In this document: in pieces, positions 13,201 through 27,069 of the stretch
Position numbering within the stretch: position 1 is the first letter of the stretch
How the letters are laid out: each line of letters begins with the position of its first letter
Assembly: GCA_002633005.1 (NCBI GenBank)
Contig: NMRA01000016.1
Location: 1 to 64,000, forward strand
Reading direction: 5' to 3'
DNA: 64,000 nucleotides
DNA from: Phoronis australis
Lineage: Eukaryota; Animalia; Phoronida
Notes under the pieces: generated by a model
Seen by the model: the letters and a program-made list of their open reading frames with translations, nothing else
Told to the model about the DNA's origin: nothing
Databases searched by the model: none
Made by a program: the position numbers and the translations under genes

Positions 13201-16200
13201 ATGCAAATGATGTTGATGCACTGGTCATTGTAATTTCCGTTACAGACTGACCCCACCTTACATGTTGATACTGATGGTGTACAGCACTCTCTTGACATAC
13301 ACAAACAGTGGACCAATATGGCTTCCTGCCGATGTTAATTGCCCAAAGTACTGGTGGACCAATCTTCTCTACGTCAATAACTTTGTTCACTCAAAACAGG
13401 CAGAAATGGTAAATATTGTCGTCAGTTATTTTCATCGTGTCTGACAAAATTTTTCACCACAGTAAATGCCAAATTTAAACCAAGTTTTTCGACCACACAT
13501 TGCATAGGACAGAGATTGTAAAATATTTTTGTTGCCTTGGAGCATTATGTCTGGCAGAGAAGGTTGATATTGTCAGTACTGCACAGGTCACAATGATTTG
13601 TGCAACTGGTGGGAGTTGAATTAGAGAGTGGACATTGAGTAGCAGGAATGATAGCTGACTAGCCGGCTAATTATTGTTAAACCATATGGCTTTTGACAAT
13701 GAAAACTCTTGAGTATAGTCTTATTCAGTGGTAACGAAGTTAATTGATCGCATGCAGATAATTTTTAAAAAATGCGCCTCGGCGTGTGGTGATAATTTAC
13801 CACTTGGGCTGGTTTTTCTACCCAAGTAATGATGTATTGGTGACTAAGCTAATGACTCTCGCATACAGTACAGCCACTGAATTTTTAGACTTCGTCCAGG
13901 CTACCTCACGCCTGGTCAGACCGGAGCGCAACCGGAACACAGGCGTGACAGAAATCAGTCACGGTCGCTTCACGCCTACTCTCCGGGTAGTCCTCATGCT
14001 TACCTCCGGTTTAGTTAACGCCTTCCTCGCGCCTCGTTCACGCTTTCTTCGCGCCTCCGTCACGCTTACCTCACGCTTTCTTCACGCCTTCAGTAACTGT
14101 GGTAACCATGGTAGGGCACCGGGCTAATCAGTAAAAATAGATGTAACGTCTTGATTGCCTGTCATTTCGGTCAAGTTGCAAAGACATTATAGTATACTAT
14201 AGAGTATCTTTGCAAGCGGTCATCTATCACACTTGGGTTCCGACTAACTCTGTAATTCCACGTGTTGTTCATACAAACGTCTTCCTTCAGCTCGTCTTGT
14301 GTTACACTTACATGTACATGTTCAATTTACGACTTAAGAGCCAGTCCCATCAACGACAAGCCTGTACAGTAACCACGGTTAGTAAATACGAATAAACGCG
14401 ACCCTGTGCCCAGAGTCATCTTTACATGGCTGTGGACTCCTTGAAACTTGTCACAGGCGGATTTAGTTAATTCGCCCTAAAAATAGCCTACAGTGCGCAT
14501 CTTGTGAAGTATTGTGTCACTCCATAAATTTTTGCACCGCACTGGCGTACAGAAAATTTCAATAGGCCGCCCTTCTGACATACCCATCCCTTACTGCAAG
14601 CAAATGTTTTGACTTAAAAGTTCTGAATCCGTAGTGCAGTTCAATTATTTTTAGCCCCCTCCACGTAGTACATGCGTTTTGACTAAGTACACAGTATCCC
14701 CGGGGTACTTCTTCACTAAAATAATAATAGCGGTCATCTGTTTGACTCATCAAATGCATGGGCATGGTCAGTTTTCTCCGTATGATGCCGGAACTTGGGA
14801 TCAATATGCTCAGAATTGACATGCTGTGCTCCTTCATATCGTGAAGGCAATTGAATAATTCCGCCTTGTACACACGTGTTAAGATTCTTTATTAGTTTAT
14901 ATAAAAAACAAATAATTATATATAAGTGAAAAGGAAAGTCCACAGGTCTGTTTTCTGAAGTGACTTAAGATTTGAGACGGACATTTTGGTCTTTTACTGC
15001 AAATGACGATTTCAAAAAAAATTAAACCTCACATAAGCAAAAGTCTATGAGAATACACACATCACTGCTAGTTACTGATGTAATTTTAATAAATTACTTT
15101 ATCATCTGCGATGCAGGTAAACTCACACCTAACTCACGGTAAGCTCCGGGTACAGTCACGCTTAGGCTCACGCCAGCTGTCACGGTTGATTCACACCTCA
15201 CTCTCCGGTCTGTCTCCGGTTACGGTCACGGGTGGATAGACCGGAGAGACACCGGAGAGAATTCAGTGGCTGTACTGTAGGATTGCTTGCCTGGTCAGTG
15301 TCAGCTAGGCCACTAGTCACCAACTCATTGTTGATGGAAAATGTGTAATTTGTGCTGTGACTAAATTATGTTGGACATTGTTGTAAATATTTGATCAATG
15401 GCCAGCAGTATAATGCTAGCAGTATAATGCCAGCAGTATAATGCCAGCAGTATAATGCCAGCAGTATAATGCCAGCAGTATAATGCCAGCAGTATAATGC
15501 CAGCAGTATAATGCCAGCAGTATAATGCCAGGTAGAGAAAGTAGGTGTTATTATAGTGCCAGGCACAGAATCGTGATATTGTCAATATCTCAATTGATTC
15601 ACTTGTATGTTCATAATCAGTTGCAACTAGTTATCAGGCAAATTAAAAAGCCGATAATTCATGATTACATAGGTATGAAACTAAGCGAATAATATTCAAG
15701 CCATGCTACACATGGTTAAACAGAGATGATACTGATTGAGTTCTGTATACTATTCAAGCCATGCTACACATGGTTAAACAGAGATGATACTGATTGAGTT
15801 CTGTAGTTCAAACTTAGAACAAAGTGTGTATTACAGTCGAGCAGTGACCATGGTAACTTATACATTGTTCTTTTCAGTTTAATCTCGTTTTCCAACTTTA
15901 AAATTCATCCTTTATTTCGGTTCTTAGTATTTCCTTAAAATTGTCCAGGGTGTGCAAACTATCCGTACCTAAAAGTTTTGACGTGTAATTTTCAAGTTTG
16001 TGCTGTAGCATGCCAGCATGTTTTATCAGACTAAGTTGATCTTGAGGGTAAATTTATGAAGCTAATCTTCATCCTTAATGTTAGATATGGTATTGAGTAT
16101 CACACAAAGTATCATGCTTTACTCTCATTGTTCACCAGATGTTCATGTCTCTCCTTGCAGTGCATGGGATGGTCATGGTACCTCGCCAATGACATGCAGT

Positions 16201-19200
16201 TCTACATTATAGCTCCCATCTTTCTCGTCCCTTTATTTTAGTAAGTGTCTTTAGACATTCTGTTTATACAATCTCAGTGAAAATTAGCAGTGTCATTTTG
16301 ATACCTGCAAAATTTCCATCTCTGTCAGTTGCTTCTAATGTTAAGGACATCATTGTGAAACATAATTTTACATAGTTCTCTGGGAATCTTTGCATTTTCT
16401 TTTTTTTAACTTTGCTTTTTCTGGTTGTCTGGCTCACGGAATAACTTGAGATTGTAGGCGTTTACAAACTGAAGCCACCCAGTGCCCAACTAGAAATATA
16501 CTGCATAGACGGCTTCAACTAGTGTCATCTTATTTAATTCCAATGTCTGTTATCATTTAGGAGTTGGTCACTTGGTGTTTTTGGGACAACATTTTTGTGT
16601 ATATCTTAGACAACAGATGTGCTACTGGTTGGTCATGAATGTAGTTATTGATGGTCATAAATCAATACTATTTCTATCTGAAAGTAGATAATACACAAGG
16701 AGTTGTACCGTGGCACACATTAGACATAGTGGTTTTGGGGGAGGAGAGTGCCAAGAAGGCAATATTGAAATGCATGTAACGTCACCAGTCTCTATTCAGG
16801 GTTGACAGTCCATGTACTGCACTAATCCGTACGGCTCATGTTGTTGTACTGCCCTGCTATGTAAATCAGCTTGTCACAAATTTACTACCAGTCTGCTTAA
16901 GCTTAGTAGCAAATGAGGTCATGGAAATGAAAGGATATCATAAAAAGGCATAATGGTTATAATTAAATAGTTAATATTCCAGCATCAAAGTAATTTGGGC
17001 AACTAATTATCTTTAGATGATTATAGTTTTCACACCTTTTGCGCACACTGAGAGGTTTTTTTTTAATCTAGCTTTCAGTTAATATGTTCGAAAGCAAATT
17101 AGCACATTAGAATGGGAGTGCCCCATGGCATGTAGAGACAGCATTTGCCTCAAATTCACTTGAAACCATTCCACAGTTTTAGTCTTGATTTCATGCAGTT
17201 CAAAGATTGTCTTTCTTTTTCAGTGACAAGCGGTTGGGTCCACTACTCGTATGGGTGGCTGCTCTTGGCAGTATGGTGACGGCGGCTGTGATATCAGGCG
17301 TCAACAAGTTGGGTCCGGGAGGCTCAGCACAGTAAGTGTTGCAGTGTTGTGTTCATGTGTTAGATGACCACATGAGAAGCTGGCAACTACCCATGTGGCA
17401 ATAGTCAGACGACAGTCCCGCATGACTTATAGGCATTCAGATAGCCGTGTGGGACTCTTTGGTAATGTTTCTGAATCAAGGATCAGATCTCTTAACATTT
17501 CCTTTTAAGTCATTTTAGCCTGAAAACATTAAAAATATATCATTATTTCTTGAAAAGGTGATTTTCAACAGGCTGCCTGTCATCCTTAGTATCGAACGTA
17601 GCCAATTACCTTATGGAACTACATTGTTGATAATAAGCTTGTGAGTGGCCTGCTACCTTAAAGAACCAGGATGTTGTTCATTAACCTACCTGTAATGTAG
17701 TTGTTAATAATCCTGTGAGTACCCAGTTACATGTATTCTTTTATCTTGGGAACCAACACTGTTGGTCATAAACCTGAGTACCCTGTTACCTTAAGTAACA
17801 ACGTCGTTGATATTAAACCTGCCAGTAGCAAGTTATGTTAAAAGACAACATTGTTGGTCAGAAATCACCAAGTTAATGTATTACTAAGCCATCTGCCACT
17901 CAGTCTGCAAATTAAATATGACCAAGTCGGAAAGTAGTTTGTAAAGCTTGTTGATGTAGTCTGGCTGTAGTGTTTGATGACAAAGTGTTTAACCCTTCTG
18001 TAGAGTCAGTCACCATATGTGTCTATGTTCTTGTTGCTAGGCCACCCATTGACTCATGGGATCTCCTCTATATTCACCCTTGGACACGACTGCCACCCTA
18101 CATGGTCGGACTCTATGTTGGTTATGTGCTCTACAAAACAAAGTGTCGCATTAAAATACATTGGGTAGGTTGGCATTTTTGCTCTCCAGAGATGCTTTAG
18201 TATCGCCTTCTGTCACACTTCCAGCCCTTGAAGCTATCGAAATCCTGACCAGACCCAAATCCCTAGCTGCATTTAAAAACTCCAGACTGCACTCGCAAAT
18301 TCCAGGTTGCAAATTACGCAGGACTTACGTTTGTATGTTAATTCCATGTTAGTGTCTGCCAGTTATAAAGAAAAGTGTACAAAAGTGCTGATATAAGTTG
18401 TAATTACCAAAATTGGTTACTGTGACTAATTGAGTGCCCCAAAATCTCCCCTAGCTCCTCGTTGTTCAGCCTTCAATTCTACACGCTCATGCTAGTGAGA
18501 ACTGACATAGTGTTATTGCTTGAGAAGTTGCTTGATGTACAAAATAACCAGCTGTGTTGTGCCGACCTTCGACCCTGGTCTCAGTGAGCCATCTGTCAGT
18601 TTCTCCCCAAGTCCATATATATTCTCTTATTTGAGTAAAGCACAATTACCGTTACAGTAGAAACCAATTTCACATTTTACTGTGGTAAGTTGAATTAAAT
18701 TTTCTAACGTCCCTGCAACTCTGTTCTGAATGTGGCCATGTCTAATTATTATCACATTTACTGTGTGAAATAGATCATTTCAAATACTACAATCGTATTG
18801 TCGGCTTATCATCAAAGTCTTCTTGATGTTGTTTTCCTTTAATACTAGAATCATGTTCTATTAAACACAATCAATTTCTTGCCTGATCCTGCCAATTAAA
18901 TTACCATGCAGGGTATGCTCATAGTTTGACACTTAATACATTCATTTCTAAGCTTTTTCACTGCACTTATGTGTAAATGAATACCTAGTTCATGCACAAA
19001 TCATCTGAACCCTAAAGTTTTGAAAATCATTTGGGTGGCATTAGAGTGTTCAATTGGTTATTGTCAGTGTCCAATTATTGCAGGCTGTTGCTGTGATTGG
19101 CTGGTGCCTAGCAGCCTTCTTCTGTTGCTCCACCCTGTATGGTCTATATGGACCAACCGCCAATGGTGACAAGTGGAGCTTGGGTGTGTCTGCGTTGTAC

Positions 19201-21417
19201 AACTCCACCTACCGCTATGCTTGGTCACTAGGTGTAGCCTGGGTAATCTTCGCCTGCTGCACTGGATATGGAGGTAAATGAACCACCTTTTGCCTGTGGT
19301 CAGCCTTTATCATCATTGGAAGCATTTTTGGGGGATAGCTGTGGATATATTATGGTTCTGCAAGTTTGTTTTATCTTGTATGAGATGAGATAAATTTTGC
19401 TTCTTATTATTGTGAATGACATTAAAAAGGTGTTGTGTTTATTCAAATTTATTCAAAAGTTAACACAAGAAAATTGTATTTTAATTATGTGCAATGTGTT
19501 GAGTAATTAATATGTCTATGATGTGTGTTGCTGTCCAGTGTTCCTAATGTGAGCCAAGTTGTTTTGCTTTTGCTATACCACTGACGTAAATCATTAGACA
19601 ATCAACCAAAATGCTTTGGTTCCAAATTTTACCAACTGGAAAATATCTGTAAGTTTTCAAACCCACTTCATGTATCATTATGATGTTGAGAGCTATCACT
19701 ATGTGTTTCTAGGCTACGTCAATACTTTGCTGTCCTGGAAGGCTCTCATACCTCTCAGCCGTCTCACATACTGTGCTTACCTAGCGCACCCTATGGTCAT
19801 GATGTGGTACTATTACTCTCAGGAGGTCCTTATCGTGTTCACATTGCCCAATATAGTAAGTTTGTGTGGGATATTACCTACTAACAGAATAAGATGGGTC
19901 AGTAGTAAGTGTCTATCAGTGGTGTTGAGAATTATGGAATGGTTGAATTAAAATGAGCTGCAGATAAAACCAAAGGTTTTACTTGTTAAGGCAGGTTTCA
20001 GTATGCTAAATTGACTGTCTAAAGTAAATCATAGAATTCAGTAGCGTTACTGCTAATACTAAGGCCCAAAGTGAGGCACAGTTTCTACACGAGCACTCCT
20101 GGGTTATTAATAAGGGTGTCATACCACAAGCCCACTCCATAACACAAGGGACTTGTGAATGAATCCTGATGTGACCATGTACTTTACTAAGAATGCATGA
20201 CCCCCAACTCCTTAAGATTCCCCTAACCTCACCTAACTTGCCTGTGTGGCTCCAAATGTCTCCATTCAGCCAATTAGCTACTAAACTATAGAAATTTAAC
20301 TTAGTAAAATACATATTTACTGATAGTAGAAAATGTCGATTTTGCTTTTATGCCAGTCTGCCATTGAGTGGGTCATGTGACCATGTCTGTTTTTGTAATA
20401 TTTAGCACAAAACGATTGCAAACCAACAGCGGCATTAAGCAGGTGACCAAATTTCATTTGATAATATGTTTGATATGAAATATTAAAACATGCTTCAGTT
20501 TCCTAAATCATCTTGTTTTTGTTCGATACAACTTAATTTTAATTTGTTTTCCAAAAATCATAAGAGTCATATTCATATTCATTCTCTTGCCAAAGTTGGT
20601 CATTTATCAAACAAATCTCAAATTGTTTGGGAGAACAGAGGATAAAGAATCACATTAAAAAGTTTCATTTGAATCTGATTAGCCATTTTGAGATAAAATG
20701 CAAGTGTGAAGTTAACTCTTGGTCTAACATAATCTTTGTGAACCCAGGCTTCGCTGGCTTGTGTCATGTCATGTGTACACAGCAGAATTTTTCACTGTTT
20801 TGCAAAGCATCAAATTCCAGCGAGGTGGTTGACAGGATACTTGTCTGTCAAAAACCAGTGGAATACATAGACGCCTTGGCTTTCCAAACCCTTATGTCCC
20901 CATTGTAACTTGATGTACAACGGTAAAAGTGTTCCCATCAGAATGACAAATGTCAAATGAATTTTAATGTAAAGTAGTGATTAGCATGGTGGCCGTGTAT
21001 GACAACTGTGAGCCAAGCGCTTCATGGATGAGCTGCATTGTGGGTAACTAGCGCAGAGTCAGAGAGGGCGCTGTACTATTCCAGGGATTGGCTATTGCAT
21101 CAATGTGACGTTCTTTGAAATATTTAAAAGCATGGTCACCTTTCACATCTTCACGGTTTGTTTGTTACTCACAAACTTAATTCCCAGTGTCTAATGCACC
21201 ATATTTTGTGCCCATCTCTTTGTGGAGCCCACATCATTCGGATTCATTGTGTGTTCCATTATCTACAGTCATTATTACTATTTTCTTCTTTGTCTTTCAG
21301 ATTTACTATTTCTTTGGTCATCTAATTGCTGCTTATGCTGTGGCGTTCGTGGCATCATTGCTGTTTGAGTCACCGATACTGGGTGTGGAGAAAGTCTTGT
21401 TGGGACGATTCCGATGA
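4260..21417 (+). CDS. nrf-6: Nose resistant to fluoxetine protein 6-like (NRF N-terminal domain + acyltransferase-3 multi-pass membrane domain), spliced
   Basis: GT-AG exons: 4260-4686, 5504-5679, 8468-8546, 8874-8985, [probable exon in N gap], 10179-10358, 11954-12047, 12647-12751, 13246-13408, 16161-16240, 17224-17331, 18041-18164, 19084-19273, 19713-19855, 21301-21417. Phases are compatible except across the gap. Motifs: signal peptide, WALKFIDAFGKP, WLGSYSEC, GICIPDVCS, NGIRFISMTWVILGH, SVDTFFLLSG, HRYIRLTPPY, WWTNLLYVNN, CMGWSWYLANDMQFY, PLSRLTYCAYLAHP and LLFESP. Confidence 0.93.
9410..10121. other. Assembly gap (N run)
   Basis: Continuous Ns from 9410 to 10121. Confidence 1.
11255..11405 (+). 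repeat. Dispersed repeat, copy A (inverted relative to 21999-22150)
   Basis: AAGTTGGGAAGTTTACCCCTGTAG...GGAGGGCTGGCTCTCTTTTGTCCGATAATTGC...ATCCTGACTGGGTTGTGC matches the reverse complement of 21999-22150. Confidence 0.8.
13864..15279. mobile_element. Non-autonomous TA-flanked DNA transposon (Tc1/mariner-like termini) in an nrf-6 intron
   Basis: Perfect 20-bp inverted ends TACAGTACAGCCACTGAATT (13864-13883) and AATTCAGTGGCTGTACTGTA (15260-15279). GC-rich subterminal short repeats (CTCACGCC/TCACGG/CCGGAG) occur at both ends. No transposase ORF. Confidence 0.8.
15401..15531. repeat. 14-bp minisatellite (GCCAGCAGTATAAT)n
   Basis: About 9 near-perfect tandem copies. Confidence 0.97.
15693..15805. 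repeat. 58-bp-period tandem duplication
   Basis: TATTCAAGCCATGCTACACATGGTTAAACAGAGATGATACTGATTGAGTTCTGTA occurs at 15693 and again at 15751. Confidence 0.95.
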
Positions 21418-21437
21418 CGCTGATCATTTAACTGTCC

Positions 21438-21443
21438 AATAAA
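21438..21443 (+). promoter_or_regulatory. Candidate polyadenylation signal of the nrf-6-like gene
   Basis: AATAAA 20 nt after the stop codon. A more distal AATAAA lies at 22651. Confidence 0.35.
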
Positions 21444-21998
21444 CAGTTTCTTATTAGTCAGTGCTTGAAAATGGTTCATTCATTGATTGCTTCGTTGTGA
21501 TGTTTAAGTCTACTCATTCCGACATAAAAGGTTTTAGATTTGGAGAATATTTGTTGTGGTGTTCATGAAAACATTTTCAAAATCCCCTAGTAAAATATTA
21601 AACAACTAGCTTGGTAAATTTCATTCTTAAACTTTTTTTCTTTTCTTCTTCATGAGGAATCTTGGCCCATGACAGCGTTTTCCCCTTCAGTGACTTTACC
21701 AGACCTAGTGGGTTCTGAGGGTGTGATAACATCTAGCTTCTTTGTTAGCTGTCAAGCACAATCTTCTGTCTGTTAATATTACAAGCAGGTCACTTATCTA
21801 CAGACCACTCATGAACACAGTCAAACTCAGAGTGAATTGGTGTATTCGGAAAGAATAGATTGTCGTAACTTCGGTTGCAGTTGGGCGATTTTGGCGATTC
21901 AAAAACTAAACATGATCACCATTTGAGGAAGAGTTCAGAAATGCTATTGGCTTATGTTCAAATACCTTATACACTGTAACTTAACTTTTATTTTTAAC

Positions 21999-22150
21999 TG
22001 CACAGCCCAGTCAGGATAGATAGGATCTAATTGGAGATTAGTGCAATTATCGAACAAAAGAGAGCTGGCCCTCCAATCATAAATGGCAGAATGGGGTTAA
22101 TCAGTCCTGTAAGATATTGACTACAGGGGTAAACTTCCCAACTTGTTGGG
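21999..22150 (-). repeat. Dispersed repeat, copy B (inverted relative to 11255-11405)
   Basis: GCACAGCCCAGTCAGGATA...CAGGGGTAAACTTCCCAACTTGTTG is the diverged reverse complement of copy A. Confidence 0.8.
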
Positions 22151-24516
22151 CATGCAGCATTCTGGATCTTCTGTCTAATCACTTTCACTGAGAGCCGTTT
22201 TGCTGTGCAGGCCCTAAAGCAGTGATCTATTTATGGCGAAACTCTTAAGAGATGTTGTGTTAGCGTTGTTTTATTTGGCCTCATCAAACTCGAAAGTTAT
22301 CGCCAGTTATAATCAGATTGCCACCTTCGTATTTTTACATTAGTCTTAGGTCCATATACAGTATAGGTTGTCACTGTCAGTTTGTGAATGAAGTGTTTGG
22401 TATATAGATTATCATGACCGTCCTAAAATGCTGCGATTTTTATTTTTGAAATATTTTTAATGCGTTTAAGTGAGACTGGACTGAGGCAGTTTTACTTAGG
22501 TTGTGGTTGTAATGATGTTAAGGATTCTTTTTAAATGATATTATAAGTGATCATAGTATAAAAATTGAAGCCTTGTTCTGAAAAGTCTGAGATTGAATTG
22601 TGATAACACATGACGTATCTTTGACGTCAGTATGTCGGTATAATTATATCAATAAAAACTTATGTTAAAACCCTTTCTGATTTACATTTTCTGCTTCCCC
22701 GATGCCTTCAAACCCGTCGAGTTATTGTGTATAATTCGATGTGCATGCTGGTCCTGTAGTGTTCCCCATTGCTTCAGGCAGACTAGAGGTTGTTTCTTGC
22801 TTTGCTCCATTTTTTTTGACCGCCTTGGCCTCTCCATACCCCTGCCGTTCGTCTAATAGACTGCCATTAGTTCACCTTCAAAGAAAATTTGCCATGTTTC
22901 AACGGCCGGTACCTTATACCTTTGATTAAATGGTTTACTTAACCTGTTGTGTGATGGAGCCTAAGTATTGGGTTTCCAATGATGGGATTGGTTAGAACTG
23001 TATGTATAATTTGTACAGTCTTCACGTGCCGTGAGTGTAGCTTATCCCCTCGGGTTAGTGGAGAAATTATGTAAAGTTTAGACAACAAAGAAAACAAAAA
23101 GGTTGCTTGTTATCCACTGAAGTGGGAAAACACGGAAGCTGCATTGTCAGCGAAATAAAATAGAAATTTCACCAAGACGCTAATTTTGGTGCGAGTACTG
23201 GAGAAGCGAGTATCTGGAGAAGGGTTGTGAGAAAGAAAATATCCTCAAACTGCTGCAAACAAAATCTACATATGTGCCCACGGTGGAGGCACGTTCAGTA
23301 AAGAGTGCCTCAAATATGCATACTGTTAATTTCCTGATACTAGGGCAGCACTGCATGGTATTTACGTTATATTGGCAAAAATAGTCGACCGAAATTTGGC
23401 TTCGTCAGTTTGACATGACTTTTTTGGCTCAAAACTAGCAAACTCTGCGTCTTTATTCCTTTAGTTTACGCCAGTAAATATTTTTAAACCTTAATCCGAA
23501 AGTTTTCCCGTATCTTTCACAAGAACAGTACTGACCTCTATCTTCCGGACGTGAATTTTTATTGAATATGACGAGATCATGCTAGACGAACATCATTAAG
23601 CAATTACGGCACACTGACCTGTAAACCGAGTTCACTATAGATGACCGATTCTTAAACACGGCCTGCACAAAAAACAGCTTACGCGCCCAAAAGCGGACTC
23701 TTGGATCGCAAACACGATGACAGAACGTGAAACACGACTCGAGGACTCACCCGTAGGCTCATTGCTATGCTCGGCCTACTGCTGTACTAAAGATACTACT
23801 TATTTAAAGTTGTAATAAATCAAATCGCTTCAGTTTCTTTGAAAACCAATTTTTGTTCTAGCTTTAACTATTGATTTTATTATTTATATTTTAATTAAGG
23901 TAAACATTTCTAACTTACTTTGCAGCATAATGTACTGAGAAAGGCAGGACCAAACATAGTTGTAAATTGACATGTCACTCGATTTCTCAGTTTACATGTA
24001 CGTTAGTTTTGTGACGGTTGTGGAATGGACCGATACTTGGCAATGAGAGGAAAGTGGATCAGTTTCAACTACTATAAAACAAGTTGCACGTCAGCGACAT
24101 TGCTTGAGCTGTTAATTCGTGCTTTTGAAGACGACCATAAGCGTATTTGATTTAGTGCGAACATAAGATTACAAATCTTCATATCAGACTATCCTCAGTT
24201 TTGCAATTGGTGAAAGTAATAGCCTCTCAGCGACAAAAAGAAATGCCCCTTTAAAAAATCCGAAACGGAAATTTCAAGCAAACGGGCTATCCACATTCAG
24301 GAGCAATAGGACCAATGAGATTTGGATCTAGTCATGACCAAAAGCCGACGTCGTCTAACCTCTGCAAATTTCCAAGTCGAACGGGCTCAACAAAGTCATG
24401 TGATGACGGCGCTTTCTAAACCAAAGGTTGACTTTGTAAGTTACATAGTTAAAAGCAAATCAAACACACGTTTACAATACGAGAGTAAATTTGCCAGTAA
24501 CCTTCAGCAATGACCT

Positions 24517-27069
24517 TCATGTGAAATCAAACTTGTACATGAAGAACCACGTTTGAAACTTGTTTTCATGGTTACAATTAGCTAACTGGGTCATCTGTTC
24601 TCCGGTGTGAGGCCCAACTATATTGGTCACTTGCTCTGCGCAGAAAACTAAAGCACTGTCTTCTCTTTGTATCGTGACAGTCAACCGTCCGACTGCAACG
24701 TCGTACTCTGCCAACGACCAGGAGGCCTCAGCGTTTCCACACTCGCCTAGAAGTAAGGTGGCGTGTTCACTTAAAACGACGCATTTATCATGATACTTCA
24801 GCTCTCCAGACAATGTCAGAGTGAAATCGTCTTCTGGATGTATGCGATGCTCATGGCAGAAATCTCTCATGACAACGTAATTGTCATCAGCGACGTCCCA
24901 GCACAGGCCACTTGCCAAATTTGTCACGCGGCCGAAGTATAGGGCGTCCACAGTTGGTATATTGAGTTCTGGAATAATGTTGGTTAGATACCATTTGAAG
25001 TCTTTACACTTGAGCTTCTCTCGAAGCATTTTATGTTCATTTAACGACACAACTTCGTGGCGTGTTAAGGTCGCCTGTTTCCATGCAAACGGCTTCACGG
25101 CTGCGTAATAAAATTTGCGAAAGTCGTCCATCCATGTTTCTGCTACTCTTAAGTTGTTTTTAGCAACAATAAGCTCCCTGTTACCGTCAAAGCTGTATGA
25201 GAATGGTTTATACAAGTGGCCAAGTCTTGAACAAGGCAAGATCACCACGTGTCCGCCACACTGCCAGGCGCGAAAGGACAATTCTATATTTTCACCTCCC
25301 CAGACGTTCAGGCCGCGATCAAACCCTCCTATTTGATAAAAGTAATCCCTATTCGCTGCTATGGCACACCCCATCAATGTTGCGGTTCGGATTGGATCGG
25401 CTGAACTCGTTCGCCTGTTGAACTCTTGCTGAGGAATATCGATCCACATATATCTGGAAAAACGGCGAGCGAAGTAACTATTACGAAACATATCCTTAAT
25501 AACAATTAGAAATATATGTCGAGACCTAAAAACACACAATGCGAGACTGACATCCTTCATGTGGCGCTATTTTTTACTGTTTATTACGAAATCTTAAATA
25601 CAATGAATATTCATAACCCAGAAAGCGCCAAGAGGCATTATATCTGGCTTAAATAAATACAAAAAATCTATATACATTAATTATATGTGGCGCTATTGGA
25701 TGAAGGGGTCCGCTTTAAAGCAATTGTGTTGAATTCGAGCCAAGAAGCCCATCAGCAAAGGGACTTCAGTGGGCTAGCGATGGCATGTGGCTACCTGAAT
25801 GCACGATTTTTGTACGAGAGCTCCGCCTACTGAACTAAAAGTCGCCCAATGGGTAGCATTACGTGTAGTACTCAATGTATCGTCTTAATTGTTAAGATAA
25901 TTTGAAAAAATCACTCACTTCATGTCCCAACCAAAAGCCCCTCGAACGGGAATCCCAGTGTCTCTGTAGTGTATGGTGTCGGCAGTTATCCAATCGATAG
26001 TTGGCTGGACGAAGGCTCGGGGGTGCACTTCAAGGTACGACAGGATAGGTTCTAACCATTCAACGTTCACTTCCGTATGCGCGTCCAGGAACAATATAAC
26101 GTCACCCGTAGTGTACTCAGCACCTGACAAAGGCGTAACCCAATGTCAATCTGTTCTTATCTTCGAATTTCAAAACAATCTTAATGAAAATAGTTGGCGA
26201 AGGGATATGATACTTTTTGTTTGTGTATGTCCTTCAGACGAGAGGAAGTAGGCGTCAATTTAATTTTGTTTATATACATGGTATAAGTCAGAAGACTTCG
26301 TACATATGATAGTCAATAGTTCTACTATAGCCTAATGAAATACTGCGCATATATAGTTTATAAACAACAACAGGCCGGAGGACATACACAACAATGACAA
26401 TAATGCCCGCAAATAGCAGTCCTATCTTAGATAGCATGTTAAATACCGAGAGCTTCAAAACTTGAAAACTTGTTACTCACCAATCATCCTGTTACGTATC
26501 AGCCCCTCCCTTTTACCGTTTCGAATCACCATGATTTTGGGCGATAGAGACTGCATGTATTGCTGAAGGGGTTCTTGCAGGTTGTCATACGTGCTATGAT
26601 CGTCAACCAGTACCACTTCGGCTAGCAGATCGACCGGAGTTTTGTTAAGTATACTGTGTACAGTTCTGAGGATCATTGACAAAGCTTCATTATAAAACGG
26701 TATTACTATGCTAGCCTTTCTATTGCGATTCAGCGAGTATGTCATTATCCGACAGACATTCGGTCGAGTATCGGTAACGTTGCGGTCAATCAGCGTTACG
26801 TCACTGTGAGAAACATTGAAATTGAACACACTGTCGTTTTTCCTTGGTAGCTTTAATAACTTTTCCCGAAGTTCCTTTAGTTGTTTTTGTCGATCTGGAG
26901 AAAACCTTGAAGGTGGCTCGGTGAAACGATGATATTCGATGGGCACCGACTGCGGTCGATTTTCTGTAACGGTAGTGTCCATCTTAATCATAAGAAATAT
27001 CGTAGTTAAAGTCGACAGGACAAGAATTTTACCCCACAGCTTTCGAAGGCGAATTGCAAATGATGTCAT
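24517..27069 (-). CDS. GALNT: Polypeptide N-acetylgalactosaminyltransferase (GT27, type II membrane protein with ricin-B lectin domain), 3 exons, 576 aa
   Basis: Exons 27069-26481, 26123-25919 and 25453-24517 total 1731 nt, stay in frame and have GT-AG introns. Motifs: N-terminal TM, SIVIPFYNEALSMILRTVHSIL, EVVLVDDHS, REGLIR, FLDAHTE (DxH), WLEPIL, WGGENIELSFRAWQCGG, PCSRLGH, LKCKDFKWYL and a Cys-containing ricin domain ending QTW. Paralogue number not assignable. Confidence 0.95.

Noticed and set aside
15361-15585. Repetitive ORFs (WHYTAGIILLALYC)n or a CRISPR-like array
   Set aside because: A spacer-less 14-bp minisatellite inside an intron of a eukaryotic gene.
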